Positions 61,601-64,000 of a stretch of DNA of 64,000 nucleotides are shown piece by piece. Both the position numbers and the translations under genes were made by a program. Below the pieces are notes generated by a model. That model saw only the letters and a program-made list of their open reading frames with translations, was not told the DNA's origin and searched no databases. How positions within the stretch are numbered: position 1 is the stretch's first letter; the number at the start of each line of letters is the position of its first letter. This DNA comes from a virus, in IMG/VR virus record IMGVR_UViG_3300045988_014525; one strand, 5' to 3'.

Positions 61601-64000
61601 GAGTATTACTAATATTATCAATTAGTTTCTTAACAATTTGAAGACCTGCTTTATTCTCACCGTCCATATGTTGAGGAACATCTTGTTGAGTATAAAGATT
61701 AGAATAATAACCAGTCTTATAATGAGTTTGAAGAGATGAACTAAAGCTAGCTAACTCTTCTCCCTTACGGGGGAAGTTACCTTCTGAATCCCATAACTTT
61801 AATACCTTACTAGTAGTAGCTTTTTCGGTAGTAGTAAAATTAGCTTGAGAAATACCATTATCATTCATCATCTTAGCAAGAGCGCCAAGTTCAGTATTAC
61901 CTAAGAATCTAGGAATAAGAACAAATTCTGCATTCTTAATTTGAATAGGATTAACTAATCCATCTTCTATTTCTAGATCATAATAGAAGTTCTTTTGAAC
62001 TTGAATAAACTTACTAATACCTTCTAAAGCAGCACCATCAATAGGTTTAGATTCATCATAAAGAGCTTCAATAACATCTTTATAATTATCATATTCACCA
62101 CGAAGATATATACGACGAACAAATTCATCTAGAGTAATAAATGATTGAGCATCGGTAACTTCACTACGATCTTTAGAGAATTGCTTAAGAATAAACTCAG
62201 CACTTTCTTTAGAAACACCTGCTTCTTTAAGTTGTTTCTTAATATCAGATAAAGTAGAACCGCTACTCTGAACATCTTCAAGAGTAATATATTTAAACGT
62301 ACTAGTAATAGGAATAGTTTTGTTACCTACTTTAATTCCATCGTTAAGAACGAAATCTTTATTATAAAGATTATAAGCAGCATAACTAAGACCGCCTGCT
62401 TGATATTCTTTATTACGTTTAATAGTATCACGAGAATCTTTATAGAATGCTTCGTCTCCAAAGAACATATCATTAAGATTAGCATATTGAATCTCATAAT
62501 TAAGAACCATCTCAGATATGAACTTATTGAATTCTTGATCACTAGCATTCTTATATCTATCAACATATTGTTTCTTATCTCCGTACTGAGCAATACCTTC
62601 ACGAACTCTATATTTAATATAACCATCTATATAATTATAGACTTTAGCAAGAGTATCATTATCAAGAACTATTTCTAGTTCATTGTTTTCATTGCGTCTC
62701 ATAAAAGTCTTGCTTTCACTTCCCCCGTAAAGGAGTGACATCAAGCCATCTTCTCCGAATACACTGTTTAGATTACGAGATTCAGAACTATCATTCTTAT
62801 CAATAAGAAGACTTCTAAATTGAAAGACATTACCAGTAGGTTTACCGTTCTTAAGAATAGTACCTTTCTTATAATGATAATTCAACTTAGCATTACTAGA
62901 ACGAAGATCTTTAAACTCATCTTTAACTACTAGTTTATCTCCAAGAGTAACAATACCATCAACATCATTTGTAACAAACAAATAGTCAATAGCTTGTGCC
63001 ATAGCATTAAGTTCTTTCTGAAACGAGTTTAAGAAAGACTTATAAATAGCATGATTACGATTTACATTACCATTAAGAGAAAGACCTTCAATACTAAGTT
63101 TATAACTATTAAATACAAAAGTCTTAGGAGCATCAGAAGGAGTTTGAGTAAAATACTTAGCACGACGAACTCCTTTGGTTATTTCAAATAAATCTCCTGT
63201 ATTTGCGAATTCATTAAGAGTAACAATATCCCATTCAAGAGCATTAATGTCTTTATAGGACTTAGATTTATTAGTTACTTCATTACGAATACCATTGAAT
63301 AATTCAGAACCGAATTCTCTATAATAAGGAGTAAGTTCGTAACCAGTTTCAGTAATACGAAGGAAACCGGGAATTATTTGACCATTACTAAGTTTTTGTT
63401 CAATAAGAATATTAGTATTACGATAAGCAGGAACATCTAGAAACTTAAGTAGATATTCTTTAAACTCTTCGTTAGCCATAGGATTATCATTATAATCTTT
63501 ATTGTTAACACGTTCAAAGAATCTACCAATATAATTGTTCTTTAGTATATCACTAACAAGATTATTCTCAGCATTAATACTATTGAATTCATTTTCTACA
63601 ATTTGATAATCTTTAAAACGATTAGCAATTCTATCTGCAATCTTATTAGCAGAACCATCAATAGAAGTAAGAGAAGATCTATCAAAATTAACTATCTTAT
63701 AGTCGGGATTAACGCTTTGTTTCTTATATTCTTCTTTATACCAAGCACGTTCAATTGCATTATTACGAGTAATAGTTTCACTAGCATTACTTACAACTTT
63801 AATAAATTCTTCTAAGTCAGAAATAATACTATTGATATTACTAACAGTATCAGCGCTATCCCTAGAGATATAATTAAGAACGCCTTCACGAGTGATACCA
63901 AAATTGTATCTATTAATAATGGCAGACAACTCCTCAGATATCTGTTGTATCTCAGAGTTTTTAATAGATTCATCAGAAACATTTTTAATTGAATTAATTC
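52668..64000 (-). CDS. Giant virion RNA polymerase-containing protein (crAss-type vRNAP), N-terminus beyond the window edge
   Basis: The track ORF 52668..63929 starts at an in-frame TTG. My reading of 63930-64000 (…INSIKNVSDESIKNSEIQQISEEL) shows no stop, so the ORF exceeds 3776 codons. GADFDIDS at 60846-60860 resembles the NADFDGD metal-binding motif of double-psi beta-barrel RNAPs. Confidence 0.75.
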   Translation of the reverse strand, partial: INSIKNVSDESIKNSEIQQISEELSAIINRYNFGITREGVLNYISRDSADTVSNINSIISDLEEFIKVVSNASETITRNNAIERAWYKEEYKKQSVNPDYKIVNFDRSSLTSIDGSANKIADRIANRFKDYQIVENEFNSINAENNLVSDILKNNYIGRFFERVNNKDYNDNPMANEEFKEYLLKFLDVPAYRNTNILIEQKLSNGQIIPGFLRITETGYELTPYYREFGSELFNGIRNEVTNKSKSYKDINALEWDIVTLNEFANTGDLFEITKGVRRAKYFTQTPSDAPKTFVFNSYKLSIEGLSLNGNVNRNHAIYKSFLNSFQKELNAMAQAIDYLFVTNDVDGIVTLGDKLVVKDEFKDLRSSNAKLNYHYKKGTILKNGKPTGNVFQFRSLLIDKNDSSESRNLNSVFGEDGLMSLLYGGSESKTFMRRNENNELEIVLDNDTLAKVYNYIDGYIKYRVREGIAQYGDKKQYVDRYKNASDQEFNKFISEMVLNYEIQYANLNDMFFGDEAFYKDSRDTIKRNKEYQAGGLSYAAYNLYNKDFVLNDGIKVGNKTIPITSTFKYITLEDVQSSGSTLSDIKKQLKEAGVSKESAEFILKQFSKDRSEVTDAQSFITLDEFVRRIYLRGEYDNYKDVIEALYDESKPIDGAALEGISKFIQVQKNFYYDLEIEDGLVNPIQIKNAEFVLIPRFLGNTELGALAKMMNDNGISQANFTTTEKATTSKVLKLWDSEGNFPRKGEELASFSSSLQTHYKTGYYSNLYTQQDVPQHMDGENKAGLQIVKKLIDNISNTPEGQSLIKDFFDCFTANIQESFNDAASRIGVEINNKGEITYDGETVAIDNNKFIALIKDELTRRGLDSNYRKYAEINPETGLPYMPAWSNLVRSKLESIVNSIFTNNITRQTLKGFHASQVVNIGMTELGESLKGKIGDFTQSKFEDKHGYKLGRKLNFHKDGSQIIEILLPKWQVKAYNTYDAEGNLIKEVTLEDLQKAGLDTMIGYRIPTEGKQSIGIMKVVGLLDETQGSTIVVPDDWVLQTGADFDIDSIYGIYHAAYFDRNGKPNKVEYIDGEDEVSTYRRYIGYINSLIDKETRKATSSEFTKEEFKEARKAARETVRKANEEYDKFLTDQVRDLIAETDETWAVLPREVKDNLTITFKSKELKFGERVDAIVSKMNFYESEYANDEYVAKFAQQYRNIQSVINEQREFYQNVKDNAEQLAIDYADETRRARLEQTIQARAEIVGAMSLEEFSQLTVAQQNTRDARNNKIVDTFINIMNLPVSIGENLSSSNFEDIKNAKTTVFGNLSEVYRNINSVIAQNWYRDANMSGARLKAISVNHDNFVSISNKAKTTIEGLYGGFKFTYSYANEAEAKKKLTVLNKRFGKKNVKREDNTITVNHNMLGWSYDNLNIDDRLLTPYSSETTALILDGVKEGGVPNVDLYTFDVYKSIVNCGANYETSIRFVNQPIVTELINRQNANDNVFGEQGFSPITTVRRDLYMAIAKANGRTAKKTDTLDSLKKYIESIGINENEFLDKGMPVEVLKKYSNDSFKNGIDKVENVEDLIAQLKVLNVFEHYKNIADQVNSNMRVITSDKFGAGKSVNEIDQVLKRIRELKDKNFNSGKTSTNPVLTSDYGSYLIGAIYPKTSFRNINEVNSDKSESAYPSLYYQLKYSCIATKMIIQDSGIFKTQTPAFKSLINAFDVNSLKTIQKLESFIINLGQAQSTFVNTNRFMTKSTNEFIPSYNLNLLSSQEDIRARLYGYVDIVGKFDVSDLSEANVEKFMKLSPANKVAIMQNVTSDNNLFKNLNVEYRGRRNSKDQITIIDSTISTEAQYQMFRNAWNSDNPFVKLTAMDLVRYGIVVEGYSFKGGSVSKIIPAELLYTEDNGIDSNNGLSTGTGIILDSEKAIDNLIKNTIEETSSYDTLDRGQAIDELKDIFFRSNPNLPDVYSFENKKYKNSPRITFNQLGAATISIKEARLRRIVTGSEKDPVTKSYIKTNMYQNSNESTLFKVINHGSTVDLIPLNKLEDNEIADVSINLENNRFLPVDAINKSLDFYYNSIPAITQVSKGINSKSRKFLIIPSITNEGSSLGIADVLNAIVLTSPVKESSNLSPANKYVISSSDNKTIIDTMNQLEEAGIKDYTVVVPNTNFENIRVAISNRNNADLVAERERIANAKIEANEVQLRTKRSDNSESPYYTQLKTSINQTLSDVKTNGIAFVPVLQSVIDNTGLRSGGMFRYNKEGTNYVVTNLGRVTSKSIRTTHDYLVNKEINENGMLKLVYPRRSVLEQVVKQNQLLDKFSNNNILRVQTEEAFQNEDVLESALIDNDKEINDYIAKVIESIERNNANIQEDALTDAFRSFNTLDLRANNASKLNDNMREQALKIINGYTNRRIDDFLFDVHNFVRIENKDGKILENISITNKKLFDMMLKDESLRTRYEMFLDDINRFISDYSIIESLQPYNIDEAMAIAESQEEIDGMRRTNEVLKQLKDKFTRISALDNTLKRSTKMYFDTYISSLTNDPRIKSGMLEITAAIEDENFFQYYLADSQETHIPIVQIVLKKMMQELRKAEIDARDKKIAFTAEVSKIIEEANKNGVNVSLNDILDENGNLLLPYNQTFLDTLQTLKDNLKLAQIKDENGRNGIEYKKAADALEKFLIDNVERQYVKDMYQDYFYLNKILDKYPKTYIKLKKLMQEEGEILSTMTDNDYSTLTPQNAARLEEILSEIQDMRSTIDELGNYRENYHEANAVNNYFTRRKQLNTKYKETKPKQAFEERYKQAIANLQYPSDSETYREAVAWLDANTNYRLSPEFIRELNNVYKQTKRGNPITGYILTMSRGKYDKNGIIDGTRFNPTQIENIKKHEEQMLLAAKNRLVEKDRESQAWINERIEWRNTPYYENEYVKANQLGKEGFEKWYNENHVFNPLTNEYEPLMIWRQRVVKDEARYMEYSPKSKWLETKVKDKYYNPKFVDNKLQPSTDRYTNDKYYAMNNYQQQLYSSVSNLLDGLVKDKRSRAYINKGYLPNQAIEKEDKGFKDYWQDFKRSHGWYDAPNKSDIEFNLYKRFSNAPMLHSLSQVKPLPIRDKQEGETKEEYIKYVEETLATNRELHRQRMEETKERNNPNVLERLNSFIDQMYLFNSRNDASRLAKITINQLRNMDFIKRAPNNEISSNRLLSRITGKEELRTFKNENANITKHFESQVRKLIFNEFELDEGTRSKVSRVLRNMVSSKFMMLNLTGGIANVLYGKTQIQMEMAAGQYFKYSDFRKAENEYALSIGSYFADAYSETTNSETNAIIRLFNILESDMATETYGKGSNPLGKLEDLLFIQQSAGEHYMQNTTLLAMLNSHRVSVDENGKAAVISYETFTQNLRENSLIKVLNEVNPDLVNTYNEYRNKIKESFAVKEQFNRFKQDMVTNFLRTQSKEVRDKFVAQYKEDSKEQRSKFDKLPTFRSQLTLSNGVAILKEDSPLTNADIADFRNKVLTVNHHIHGIYDKIGANTLQQSWWGALLMQFHKHLVPGFQKRFGYRLGHFDGVYNETRETINKGSYVSLAEFITFPVRKYYELNNSNELEAVRTLQGIAKGYVDFFGNFVTYYNVLPEYDKANLRRCLGEWIAITKAVALFVVGKLMLDDDDESTQIADYVLYSADRLMSETIQYNPWGMMNEGQKLYSQPVAAFSIANDNLKLLGACCSYIFTGDADDLLYQSGTYSGENKLKVNLLKQVPVVNQIRKHERLGANNSYYKVRQSPFSGLGQFIANKITGEED
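53283..53299 (-). repeat. GC motif, weaker copy (G4)
   Basis: cttccttacggggaaag. The gene reads FPVRK. Confidence 0.4.
57654..57672 (-). repeat. GC motif copy inside the giant gene
   Basis: ttcctttacgggggaagtc. The gene reads TSPVKES. Confidence 0.9.
60846..60860 (-). other. DFDID catalytic-type DxDxD motif of the giant protein
   Basis: Plus strand atcaatatcaaagtc is the reverse complement of GAC TTT GAT ATT GAT. Confidence 0.7.
61760..61776 (-). repeat. GC motif copy inside the giant gene
   Basis: ctcccttacgggggaag. The gene reads NFPRKGE. Confidence 0.85.
62719..62735 (+). repeat. GC motif copy inside the giant gene
   Basis: cttcccccgtaaaggag. The gene reads SLLYGGSE. Confidence 0.9.

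Noticed and set aside
1-64000. Stop-codon reassignment (TAG or TGA recoding) known from some crAss-like lineages
   Set aside because: All large late and early genes, including the ORF of more than 3770 codons, are uninterrupted under the standard code. Allowing TAG or TGA read-through in the gene-free zones extends ORFs by only a few codons.

Overview
AT-rich, densely packed dsDNA phage sequence whose gene content and order match a crAss-like (Crassvirales) phage of Bacteroidota. (1) 1-22598, minus strand: late block with two tail-fibre genes, virion proteins, candidate major capsid protein, portal, large terminase, a lysis cassette, a PD-(D/E)XK nuclease and an HU/IHF-like protein. (2) 22599-24033: about 1.4 kb of repeat-dense DNA without credible genes, between the divergent blocks. 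(3) 24034-52594, plus strand: early and replication block with small coiled-coil and membrane proteins, SF1 helicase, UDG-like protein, family B DNA polymerase, SSB-like protein, two HNH endonuclease paralogs, DnaG-like primase, ATP-dependent ligase, DUF932-like protein, dUTPase and many small ORFs. (4) 52668-64000, minus strand: the 3' 11.3 kb of a giant ORF (over 3770 codons, open to the window edge) carrying an ADFDID metal-binding motif, read as the crAss-type virion RNA polymerase. The standard genetic code fits all long ORFs. No tRNA, rRNA, CRISPR array or integrase was seen. The most unusual signal is a GC-rich word (core CCCCCGTA, consensus about C[CT][AT]CCCCCGTAAAGGAA). I read 22 exact copies on both strands, translated in five different phases inside genes, and arranged as inverted pairs in all three intergenic locations. 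Its function is unknown. All functional calls come from motifs and synteny read by eye, with no database search.
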